Positions 48,301 to 54,341 are shown, counted from the first letter of the stretch. The stretch: 64,000 nucleotides of DNA from Candidatus Omnitrophota bacterium (GCA_015233405.1 JADFXT010000001.1:233386-297385), one strand, 5' to 3'. Numbers and translations are program-made. Notes: generated by a model from the sequence alone, not told the origin.

Positions 48301-50158
48301 GTTGTATCATTCAACTGAATCTTTAGATGATTTCTTCCAGAAGCCTTTTGAAGTAGAGAGGAAAAGAGCCGCAAGATTGATCGCGGTCAAGGAAATGGAA
48401 CAGAAACGGTCGCTCATTCCGATATTGGGATACGCGGCCATTGATCTTTATAATCAGGCGACTGAGTCCAATGTCTCGAGCCAGGAATTCTCGACGGAAC
48501 CGAACGTTCAGTTTAAAGTCTTAGCTTGGGTGAAAGAAAAATATAATCTTAAGAGCCTTCCGATGGCGATGGACCTGACCTTAGAGCATGAATCCATCAT
48601 CTTAAATAATGTGACGGACGAAGGCCGTGTAACGCTACAGAAAGATGAGGAGAAGAACATCCGGTTCATCAATGGAAAAGAGACCTTGATTGATTTTAAA
48701 GGATCCGGACGACCAGAGTTGAACTTGACGCTTAAACGCGCGGGCATTGATTGGAACAAGCTAAAACCATTTGATCCTAAGCAAGCGGCTCGCTTTCAGG
48801 TCGCTGCGGCAGCTCTGGCTAAGTTTAAGGAAAAATTCCCCACATCGCCGACCATGGCGTTTGCCATTTCTCCGTATACGCTGGTGTCTCATCTTTTAGG
48901 CGATGAGGCATTTGTGGGACTTTTGAGCGATACCGACGAGTTTAAGGCGGTCTTTGCATACGCCAAACAATATATTAAAGATTATGTGAAATATATGGCT
49001 GAAGTCGGTAAGGCGGATTCCGTCATGTTTCTCGACCCTGTCCCGACGGGAACGATGTCTCCGGATATGTTTGAGTCCTATGCGGTCGAGCCTATTAATG
49101 AGATTGCGGATTATGCCCGTTCGCTTGGGCTTGTGGTGGGCGCGCATCCGTGCCGTCCTCAGAATGATGCGATGGCTAAGCAACTTTTGCCTAAGTTTGC
49201 TCAATATAAGGTCGACCTTTTAAGCATCGACAGTATCTATAATCTGCGCGAGGTTTATGATTATATTCAAGCAAACGTTCCGGAAAAAGATCGGCCGGTT
49301 TTAATAGGGAATGTGGATACGATCGAGACGTTGCCTCAAGGCTCGCCGGAAAAAGTAACGAGCGAGGTTTCGCAGATCTTTAAGACCATGGGCAATGCGC
49401 CTTTTATTCTTTGCTCGAGCTGTGATATTTTGTCCATTACCAAAGAGAATATGACCGCACTTTATCAGACGGCAAAGAAAGAAGCCGAACCGTTTGACAA
49501 GGCGATGAGTGTGGCGACAAGCGAAACACGGGAAATTAAACTAGAAAATGATTTAGGAATGCATTTTAAACCTGCCAATGCGATTTCGCGAGCAGCGGAA
49601 ACATTTTACAAGCAAGGCATCGTCGTCATAATTGAAAAAGATGATGACATGGTTCGTTTGGACAATTCTAATATGAATGTCATGAGATTATTGTCTTTGG
49701 GAATATCACAAATAAAACCGGTGAAAGTGACCATAGAAAGTGAAGACTTTTTATCTTCCGAGGAAATTGATTTCGTATTCGCCATGTTAAAAGAATTGTT
49801 CCAAAGTAAACAATTACTGGAAGCCCCGGAACATGGGAATGACGCTTCGGCTGCTTATTCAGCAAAGATAAATAGGTTTTTTGAACAGCAGAAAAGAAAC
49901 GAACTTGATGAGGCGATGACGACAAAAGCCCCCGGCGGTATTGACTTAAACGCCAAGAATTTGAAGATGGACGTGTCGAAGGACGGGAAAGGCGTTGAAT
50001 TTAAATTCGACCCGGCCATGGTCGCGGAATTCCAGAAAGGGAATTTTACCGGTGTCGTGCCGGTCATTATCCGTATCACACCGATTGAAAGCCCGTTTCC
50101 GTTGTTGGGATTAGAAGTTCCGACGGAACAAGCGATAGAGATAACGAAAAAATCGTAA
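42302..50158 (+). CDS. Giant modular protein 2 (2618 aa): signal/anchor + shared N-domain + TM-containing modules + UDP-glucose 4-epimerase + URO-D-like + HPr-like + shared C-module
   Basis: Uninterrupted 7.9-kb ORF; AAGGAG RBS; enzyme motifs in sub-features; ends paralogous to ORF 21983-29059. Confidence 0.9.
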   Translation: MEFVLPKRQKNMFIKIVSTILSITFISTTAVPPSYAQVMNLPQPGSMVGLTPAFMPTLIKGLKVHPENPLLFDFILDTGKSGIAVNTPEFKAESEKLIKYFLASMTIKESDLWVNLSPYEKNRIATDELGKTELGRDMLAQDYILKQLTASLMYPEKEIGKDFWNKVYAEAKQKFGTTDIPTDTFNKVWIVADKATVFEREVAVPTPGGSGLRALKEPVAYVVGAHLKVMLEEDYVAASKASSGHSTISPLSSPQSLSGDPAVDSRLRGNDRISSVIRQIILPAIEKEVNEGKNFATLRQMFYSMILATWYKQALKDALLNQVYSDKAKIGGVTNNDPAIKEKIYAQYLEAFKKGAYNYIKEEYDPATQQVTPKKYFSGGLEIGVGKVLARQAIQTPETDSAMAPNGDMAMVSTRLATTLAAIGLGATLLVGGFYYHGATQSQIWEKSKSKADIVSIEKYHQQRDRMGLKVISKKAEARYQKIIREIQRAREQKAKTVGNETNDKIALAEKYSVFDQFTETYADLAENDVDDNPAQRMGGNVPSAWKTRLGSQERDAVETGREGILALTLNNLSNEIGIQLRLINVEKKHINQFKKVAPTFFKGEMGTDIGKVDSSLTNYFVNENTTETQMLNDYTFRQRDRVNKMLYKTNASYHWHSDHFSGLSNFHQKKLSPAIQSADKIVKYIKSMQSNKSLETMNLGLATMHMADVEMETDQDGHMTTKIVNNSGPYLALAATFAAAASVDAHNANKEAARLKNLLPLFMNDPLFQQENLQGPFANLNWKDQASGILHPILDFVLPPTFSLIGNIFSDNGSTGLQTIEPVRQALHTSEASITPRINVEHKWIDGQIDTEISRQIEEEKAVSLFGNDYAMTTSDLETFVGTVNNLPDSVKQKIGTNINIFLKGKSGVRTDKAMMSAIKETIDDLQKRLPSEEQLNILVQQHQITESQRADYKKLIQLIEQLSKVDEEKIWESIESKGYTRADFEALVKDLGSVIANYEPKGLGIKDIRKYKTQLSNNMLFSLTVILIMYVSLVSPAIQYDFKGFWMISGSLGLVVTLINAGLVIKNVRKWFFIDKLSSDDQAMTTVLSPDMDFTTARQEFFTALEKKFVPELNRKAAYELLTDLRSYLLEHQASPSLIPLMDGIHADLTKRYTDINEGRFGKFDTDIQHTKSADMVMQMVGELIGMQVVLAHNRERLSSNRGLAEQIGQELIKELPAENPLKSAIDNKEFTEEEAVSALRDVFISRARLVDQTASIKELPASVQALAWLKNPDSRPDTIRLNTLKGKTILVTGGSGYVSAGVIHDILAQGAKAIIYDNSIRDREEMGKLPGVTVIDGGIDNQAKMEQIMRDNKVDAVVHLGGYIAAGESMKFPAKYFNNNIRNTVTLLAAMSNTNVKNLVFASSAGVYSGKEFNKDGVLDETMRPDPQNAYGTTKYGMEMMMREYSEKLGIKMVALRFFNVAGAFKWGNTWYGENHEGPETHLIPRVMKAFLYPDKIQFKIFGTDYDTVDGTAVRDYIQVQDLADAHMRALAHLFDNGTNKILNLGTGEGYSVKEVVTQIQALIKKETGKDFQVGVAGRRAGDPAELKASGKKAFGELHWKAAHGLESTIASAWAFHIQEKALGRLNHDALAPESKLPQSEVEFMDGFLKELSSNTVISSDIKLEFFFRLFAYSLNAEFKGGERKYISDEDAIYQRAGEIQSDKRGVVPTLAVDQDFRNQLAAYQEKIKSEQSPIYQQRSAYLSTIFELLKNTDKAMATAQTKDVSDATIETAVETIKKDFFAKANLTPKEKDFFKIYFISEFTTALKVAVKKGIFTSNFVNVSVGKYYTADLSYADAAKIIAIKLREGFGEHNINKEIFVSTYQLLSDIDKAMTTGMSDEMKKQVDALDDPRAKKALTLVFTNAIEWADAFKRHALTEMRNRKINLEWVYGPYVNYVNLVQTPLSISEIEDMATNYVYRKDKAMMSDDDPWYYGPEADSSNYLSNDEFYGDKPPDTLYHSTESLDDFFQKPFEVERKRAARLIAVKEMEQKRSLIPILGYAAIDLYNQATESNVSSQEFSTEPNVQFKVLAWVKEKYNLKSLPMAMDLTLEHESIILNNVTDEGRVTLQKDEEKNIRFINGKETLIDFKGSGRPELNLTLKRAGIDWNKLKPFDPKQAARFQVAAAALAKFKEKFPTSPTMAFAISPYTLVSHLLGDEAFVGLLSDTDEFKAVFAYAKQYIKDYVKYMAEVGKADSVMFLDPVPTGTMSPDMFESYAVEPINEIADYARSLGLVVGAHPCRPQNDAMAKQLLPKFAQYKVDLLSIDSIYNLREVYDYIQANVPEKDRPVLIGNVDTIETLPQGSPEKVTSEVSQIFKTMGNAPFILCSSCDILSITKENMTALYQTAKKEAEPFDKAMSVATSETREIKLENDLGMHFKPANAISRAAETFYKQGIVVIIEKDDDMVRLDNSNMNVMRLLSLGISQIKPVKVTIESEDFLSSEEIDFVFAMLKELFQSKQLLEAPEHGNDASAAYSAKINRFFEQQKRNELDEAMTTKAPGGIDLNAKNLKMDVSKDGKGVEFKFDPAMVAEFQKGNFTGVVPVIIRITPIESPFPLLGLEVPTEQAIEITKKS
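42413..43450 (+). other. Shared N-domain of giant ORF2 (contains two in-frame palindromic insertions)
   Basis: Aligns by eye with ORF1 N-domain; extra segments at 42905-42956 and 43032-43115. Confidence 0.8.
43032..43115. repeat. MITE/REP-like palindromic element, copy 8, in frame inside giant ORF2
   Basis: GTCATCCCCGCAATCTTTAAGCGGGGATCCAG 43054-43085 and GTGGATTCCCGCCTTCGCGGGAATGACA 43088-43115, partial arm at 43032; 84 nt = 28 codons, translated as ..SPLSSPQSLSGDPAVDSRLRGNDR.. Confidence 0.85.
46166..47170 (+). other. UDP-glucose 4-epimerase (GalE-type SDR) module in giant ORF2
   Basis: ILVTGGSGYVS Rossmann motif, catalytic YGTTKYGME (YxxxK), LRFFNVAGA, DGTAVRDYIQVQDLADAH, RRAGDPAEL. Confidence 0.85.
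48299..49487 (+). other. URO-D / MtaA-like TIM-barrel module in giant ORF2
   Basis: Family-like pattern: FAISPYTLVSHLLGDE, AGKADSVMFLDPV..MSPDMFE, VGAHPC, LIGNVDTIETLPQGSPEKV..EV, ILCSSCDI. Fold-level call only. Confidence 0.5.
49532..49805 (+). other. HPr-like (PTS phosphocarrier fold) module in giant ORF2
   Basis: EIKLENDLGMHFKPANAISRAAETF aligns with the HPr His15 region (GLHxRPA); His codon at 49562-49564; RLLSLGISQIKPVKVTIESED resembles the HPr C-terminal half. Confidence 0.55.
49907..50155 (+). other. Shared C-terminal module of giant ORF2
   Basis: DEAMTT..GGIDLN ... GVVPVIIRITP..FPLLG. Confidence 0.8.
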
Positions 50159-50190
50159 GATAGTTTTTTCCCCTCCCACAAAATATTTTT

Positions 50191-50286
50191 GTCATCCCGG
50201 GCGAAGACCCGGGATCCAGGATCTTAAAGTATTTCCTGGATTCCCAATCATTTCTAGATAAAAAATCAAGGTAGTTGGGAATGACA
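50191..50286. repeat. MITE/REP-like palindromic element, copy 9
   Basis: GTCATCCCGGGCGAAGACCCGGGATCCAG 50191-50219; long-loop arm CTGGATTCCCAA..TTGGGAATGACA 50236-50286. Confidence 0.85.
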
Positions 50287-50425
50287 GCAAAAAGAGATGA
50301 CCAGTAGGATAAATTTTTCCAAAATTCTGAAGTAGTACACTGCCGGCAGGCTGACCTCCCCCATCAAATGTAAGGGGGAGGGAAAACATTTAATGCAATA
50401 GAAATAACGCAAAAATCTTCATTTC

Positions 50426-50454
50426 TTGTTTTCTTCTTCATCATTGGATATACT
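50426..50454 (+). promoter_or_regulatory. Candidate promoter; would give a leaderless or near-leaderless mRNA for ORF 50461
   Basis: TTGTTT - 17 nt - TATACT, ending 6 nt before the ATG; no SD sequence before the ATG. Confidence 0.35.
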
Positions 50455-50460
50455 TACTCT

Positions 50461-50811
50461 ATGAAAAATGGACGACGTTTTATCAGTATTTTGATTGCGA
50501 TAAGTTTTCTTTTTGTTTTTTATCCCAGCCATGCCAAGGCGGATGACCTCACATCCAACATTCAACAGAAAATCCAACAAGGCATTGCCTATTTTAGGTC
50601 CGCGGCGAAAAATTTCCGGAAGGCGTTAAACGATTTAAATCAGAAACGCAAAGAAGCTATGCAAAATATAGACGACCAGCGGCGGAAAGCTAGGGAAGAT
50701 TCGGAGGAATATAAGAGAAAGACCCAGGAAACAAAGAGATCCTTGGAGGCCGCCAGGATCGCCCAGAAGCAACACATGAAAGATCTTCAAGACCAGCTTA
50801 GAACACCTTGA
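50461..50811 (+). CDS. Small secreted coiled-coil protein (paralog A)
   Basis: 116 aa; signal peptide ending SHAKA; K/E/Q-rich heptad-like remainder; paralogous to ORF 50914. Confidence 0.55.
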   Translation: MKNGRRFISILIAISFLFVFYPSHAKADDLTSNIQQKIQQGIAYFRSAAKNFRKALNDLNQKRKEAMQNIDDQRRKAREDSEEYKRKTQETKRSLEAARIAQKQHMKDLQDQLRTP

Positions 50812-50842
50812 TCCCGCCAGCACACCATAAATTAATCTTTTC

Positions 50843-50871
50843 TTGCTTTTTTTTTAATCGTTGGATATAAT
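50843..50871 (+). promoter_or_regulatory. Candidate promoter for ORF 50914
   Basis: TTGCTT - 17 nt - TATAAT; surrounding TCTTG.TTT..T...ATC.TTGGATATA is shared with the region upstream of ORF 50461. Confidence 0.4.
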
Positions 50872-50913
50872 CTCCCTGTCAGTAAAACATTCCTGCCAAA
50901 AAGGGGGTTCCAC

Positions 50914-51306
50914 ATGAAAAACTTCAAACAGTTTAGAATCATGCTGATCGCAGCCAGTTTTCTTTTTATATCGACTCTAAGTTATGCCCAGCTCGATGGA
51001 AATAACGTCGAGATCCTTAAAATCCAGCAACGTATGTATGATGGATTAAAACAAGTCACGGCCACGATTGTTTCGGTCAAGGGGCATCTTAAGGACTTGG
51101 TCAGAGAGATGGCTCAAAAAAGAGCAGAGGTGGCGGAACTTCTTAGACAGCAAAAACAAAAGATGATTGACTATAAGATTAAAATGGCTGGAATCAAGCA
51201 AGAAATCCAAGCAAAAAATGCTGCCGTGAAGATGGCTCTTCAAGACGCCAGGGCTGCCCAGAAACAGAAAATGATAGACCTGAAGCAAAGATGCAAGGGG
51301 TTATAA
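50914..51306 (+). CDS. Small secreted coiled-coil protein (paralog B)
   Basis: 130 aa; signal peptide ending SYAQ; shares AAQKQKMIDLKQ / IAQKQHMKDLQDQ-type C-terminus with paralog A. Confidence 0.55.
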   Translation: MKNFKQFRIMLIAASFLFISTLSYAQLDGNNVEILKIQQRMYDGLKQVTATIVSVKGHLKDLVREMAQKRAEVAELLRQQKQKMIDYKIKMAGIKQEIQAKNAAVKMALQDARAAQKQKMIDLKQRCKGL

Positions 51307-51337
51307 GCTCTCGACCTTAAATTCATCTTCTTTTTTC

Positions 51338-51366
51338 TTGTCCCACATACAAGTTCAAGATAGAAT
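51338..51366 (+). promoter_or_regulatory. Candidate promoter for xseA
   Basis: TTGTCC - 17 nt - TAGAAT. Confidence 0.3.
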
Positions 51367-51413
51367 ACCTTCCTAAAAAGTTTCCCTAACCTGTTTGTCC
51401 GTATGCCATATCT

Positions 51414-52781
51414 ATGAGCAAAGAATTTCTAACAGTCTCGCAGCTGAATGTTCTCATCAAAGATGTCCTTAATATGGGATTTCCCCAGGCCCTTTGGGTC
51501 TGCGGGGAAGTCCAGCAATATAACCGCAGCAAAGGAAAGAAACACGTTTTCTTTCAGCTCGTCGAGAAAGACCCCGTGACGCACGATGTCAAGGCCTGCA
51601 TTGATCTGGTCATCTGGGAAGGCCGGCGAAGTTATATCGAAAGTGTCCTTAAAAAAAGCGAGAATGCCTTTGAGCTCAAGGATGATATTGAAGTCAAATT
51701 TGCCTGCCGGGTTGATTTCTATCCGCCGCATGGAAAAGTCCGTTTGACCGTCGAGGACATTGATCCCACCTATACTTTAGGAAAGATTGCCCAGGAAAAA
51801 CAGCGGCTCATTGCTCTTTTAAAAGAGAAGGGAATCTTAGATAAAAATAAACAGCTTGCTTTGCCATTGGTACCGCTAAACGTCGGGCTTATTACTTCCG
51901 ACGATTCCGCGGCGTATAATGATTTCTGTTCGGAGCTTAAGAAAAGCGGTTTTGCCTTTGAGGTTTCGCTACGCAATACCATTATGCAGGGAAAAAGCTG
52001 CGAGGCGGATGTTTGCCGTGGGCTTGATATCTTAAGTCGCAAAAAAGATTTGGATGTGATTGTCATCACGCGCGGTGGCGGTTCTATTTCGGACTTAAGC
52101 TGTTTTGACAGCCGGTTGATAGCGGAAAAAATTGCTGCCATGGCTCTGCCTGTTCTAAGCGGTATCGGCCATGAGATCGATGTATCGGTGACCGACTTGG
52201 CCGCGCACACGTTTGCCAAGACCCCGACGGCTATCGCGCAGTTTATCGTCAATCAAGTTGCCGAATTTCTTCAATCCTTAGACGAAAAACGGGAAAGGAT
52301 CGTCAGCACTTCGCAGGATATGATTGCCGACGAAAAACAGACATTGAAAGATAGGGCGGTCGATCTGCAAAGCGGGACAACGCGATTTTTAAAGGACCAT
52401 AACGCGAAAATGATCCGTCTGATGGAATTTATCAAGCAGCGTCCGGCGCTGATGATGAAAACTTTTAGCCAAAGGATAGAAGAACAAAGAAAAATTTTTC
52501 AAAAGACGGTCCACCAAAGATTTCAGAAAGATAAGACGAATCTTGAAGGACTGGAAAAGCTGATCGGCGCGTTTCATCCCGCGAGCACATTAAAACGGGG
52601 ATTTTCAATCACCCGACGGGAAGATGGAAAGATATTAAAAGATTTTACGCAAATTAAACTTAATGACACAATCCTGACGGAAGTATTCCGCGGCGAAATT
52701 CAAAGCCGGGTCACAAGCATGACTGACTCACCTAAGGTTGTCATTCCCGGCGGTCCCGCCCAAAAGCGGGATGGTAAGTGA
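51414..52781 (+). CDS. xseA: Exodeoxyribonuclease VII large subunit
   Basis: OB-fold N-terminus (LTVSQLN..IK..L), ITRGGGS and GIGHEID motifs; the last 14 codons lie inside repeat copy 10. Confidence 0.9.
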   Translation: MSKEFLTVSQLNVLIKDVLNMGFPQALWVCGEVQQYNRSKGKKHVFFQLVEKDPVTHDVKACIDLVIWEGRRSYIESVLKKSENAFELKDDIEVKFACRVDFYPPHGKVRLTVEDIDPTYTLGKIAQEKQRLIALLKEKGILDKNKQLALPLVPLNVGLITSDDSAAYNDFCSELKKSGFAFEVSLRNTIMQGKSCEADVCRGLDILSRKKDLDVIVITRGGGSISDLSCFDSRLIAEKIAAMALPVLSGIGHEIDVSVTDLAAHTFAKTPTAIAQFIVNQVAEFLQSLDEKRERIVSTSQDMIADEKQTLKDRAVDLQSGTTRFLKDHNAKMIRLMEFIKQRPALMMKTFSQRIEEQRKIFQKTVHQRFQKDKTNLEGLEKLIGAFHPASTLKRGFSITRREDGKILKDFTQIKLNDTILTEVFRGEIQSRVTSMTDSPKVVIPGGPAQKRDGK

Positions 52782-52884
52782 AGGGCGAACCAAGGCGGGA
52801 ATCCAGGGGCCGCGGGGAAAATCCTAGCAGGAATCAAAATCTTAAAAGCAAATACTGGATCCCGGGTCTGCGCCCGGGATGACA
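52740..52884. repeat. MITE/REP-like palindromic element, copy 10 (overlaps xseA 3' end)
   Basis: Arm GTCATTCCCGG..GGCGGGAATCCAG 52740-52806; arm CTGGATCCCGGGTCTGCGCCCGGGATGACA 52855-52884. Confidence 0.8.
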
Positions 52885-52943
52885 GCAAAAGAACTAAGCT
52901 GTGGTATAAATTTGAGAGACAGAAACTAAGAAGGGAGAGTCTT

Positions 52944-53147
52944 ATGCCGGAAGTTAAATACAGTAAAGCCATGAAAAGGCTGGAGGAGATTGTCGCGAAA
53001 ATCGAGTCGGAAGAAATTGACGTCGATGAGTTGTCCGCACAGGTCAAAGAAGCGGTCACGCTTATTAAAACCTGTAAGGATAAAATTGAAAAGGCTGAAT
53101 TGGATATTAAAAAAGTTGTGGATAATCTCGACGCTGCGGCACAATAA
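52944..53147 (+). CDS. xseB: Exodeoxyribonuclease VII small subunit
   Basis: 67 aa; A.KRLEEIV.K.E..E.D.DE pattern; follows xseA. Confidence 0.85.
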   Translation: MPEVKYSKAMKRLEEIVAKIESEEIDVDELSAQVKEAVTLIKTCKDKIEKAELDIKKVVDNLDAAAQ

Positions 53148-53149
53148 CC

Positions 53150-53173
53150 AATTCTGCCGACGTCGGCAGAATT
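53150..53173. terminator. Perfect palindrome after xseB; possible terminator, no clear T-run
   Basis: AATTCTGCCGACGTCGGCAGAATT. Confidence 0.35.
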
Positions 53174-53192
53174 CAATTGGTCAAAATCAATT

Positions 53193-54098
53193 ATGTTAGC
53201 TATCTCGACGACATGGAATTATAATCCCGATGGAGACATCAAGGCATGGCTCAAGCAAGTCAAAGCGCTGGGGCTAAATGTCATTGAGCTTAATTATTCT
53301 CTGACCCGGGAGCATTTGGCGCAACTGCCTGCACTCATTAAAGAGATGGATTTACAGGTTGTCAGCGTCCATAATTTTTGTCCTCTTCCTGATGTCCAAG
53401 GCCCTTCATCGCGGCATGCGTCGAATTATTTCCGGCTGTCTTCGTTAGATGAACAAGAACGGCAAAATGCGGTAAAATGGACCAAGAATACGATTGATAC
53501 GGCGAAGTCGTTTGGCGCCAGCGTCGTTGTTGTCCACGCCGGAACCGTAGAAATGGGCGAAGATGACCGAATCCCGTCGCTGTTTGATTTATTTAAAGCC
53601 GGAAAGGCTGGTACGCCGGAATATGTGGCAGAGCTAAAACGAATTTTGGATAAGAGGCAGAAATACGCGCCGGTGCATTTAAAGGCATTGGATAAAAGTT
53701 TCGATGAGATCATGCCCTACGCAAAAAAACTTGGTATTAAGATTGGGCTCGAATCGCGGTATTATCCGTCGGAAATCCCAAATTTGGAAGAGGTCGGTCA
53801 TTTCCTTAATCAATTTTATGCCCAAGGGTTGTGGTATTGGCACGACGTCGGTCACGCGGAAATGAATGAACGGCTAGGGATTTATTCTCACGAAGGAATT
53901 TTGAAAGCTTATCGGGAAAAAATGATCGGCGCCCATCTTCACGGGATGGACGGACGTAAAGACCACAAAGCGCCGTTTGTGGGTGATATGGATCTTTTAA
54001 AAGTTTTGAAATATTGTACATCAGATATTCTAAAGGTCATTGAAACCCACCAATCCTCGGCGGAAGAAATGGAATCCGCTGTCAGGCGGTTGATGTAA
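53193..54098 (+). CDS. Xylose-isomerase-like TIM-barrel protein (sugar phosphate isomerase/epimerase family)
   Basis: Family pattern VVVHAG, GLESRY, WHDVGHAE, HLHGMDGRKDHKAP. Confidence 0.7.
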   Translation: MLAISTTWNYNPDGDIKAWLKQVKALGLNVIELNYSLTREHLAQLPALIKEMDLQVVSVHNFCPLPDVQGPSSRHASNYFRLSSLDEQERQNAVKWTKNTIDTAKSFGASVVVVHAGTVEMGEDDRIPSLFDLFKAGKAGTPEYVAELKRILDKRQKYAPVHLKALDKSFDEIMPYAKKLGIKIGLESRYYPSEIPNLEEVGHFLNQFYAQGLWYWHDVGHAEMNERLGIYSHEGILKAYREKMIGAHLHGMDGRKDHKAPFVGDMDLLKVLKYCTSDILKVIETHQSSAEEMESAVRRLM

Positions 54099-54169
54099 TT
54101 AATGAGGGAAGTTTTTTCTTTTCAGTCGTTATAAAGAATGTTATAGTTTAAATTCAAAATTTAGAAAAA

Positions 54170-54340
54170 TTTTATTTGCGCCCATCCGGTTTTATCTAGG
54201 ATAAAATTTAAGGAAACGGGATTGGTTGCAAATTGATCTTGAAAATATTTAGTTGAAATTTGCACCCACCCTGTTTCCTCTGAAATATTTAAGGAAAACG
54301 GGGTAAGGGCACAAATCTCTGGAAAAAATTTAGTGGTATA
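54170..54340 (+). repeat. Two ~83-bp imperfect direct repeats, each an imperfect hairpin, upstream of tRNA-Arg
   Basis: TTTGCGCCCATCCGG..TTTAAGGAAACGGGATTGGTTGCA (from 54174) and TTTGCACCCACCCTG..TTTAAGGAAAACGGGGTAAGGGCACA (from 54258); each starts with TGCRCCCA like the tRNA 5' end at 54341. Confidence 0.6.
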
Positions 54341-54341
54341 T

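Noticed and set aside
21983-50158. Giant ORFs as artefactual fusions of neighbouring genes (sequencing or assembly error removing stops)
   Set aside because: Two independent 7-8 kb stretches without any stop in one frame would require many coincident errors. Both carry the same N- and C-modules and the same junction peptide, which argues for genuine architecture. Read-level verification is still desirable.
50355-50381. GC-rich hairpin CCTCCCCC..GGGGGAGG as a terminator for giant ORF2
   Set aside because: There is no adjacent T-run on either strand, and it lies about 200 nt past the stop beyond a repeat copy. Its function is unclear.
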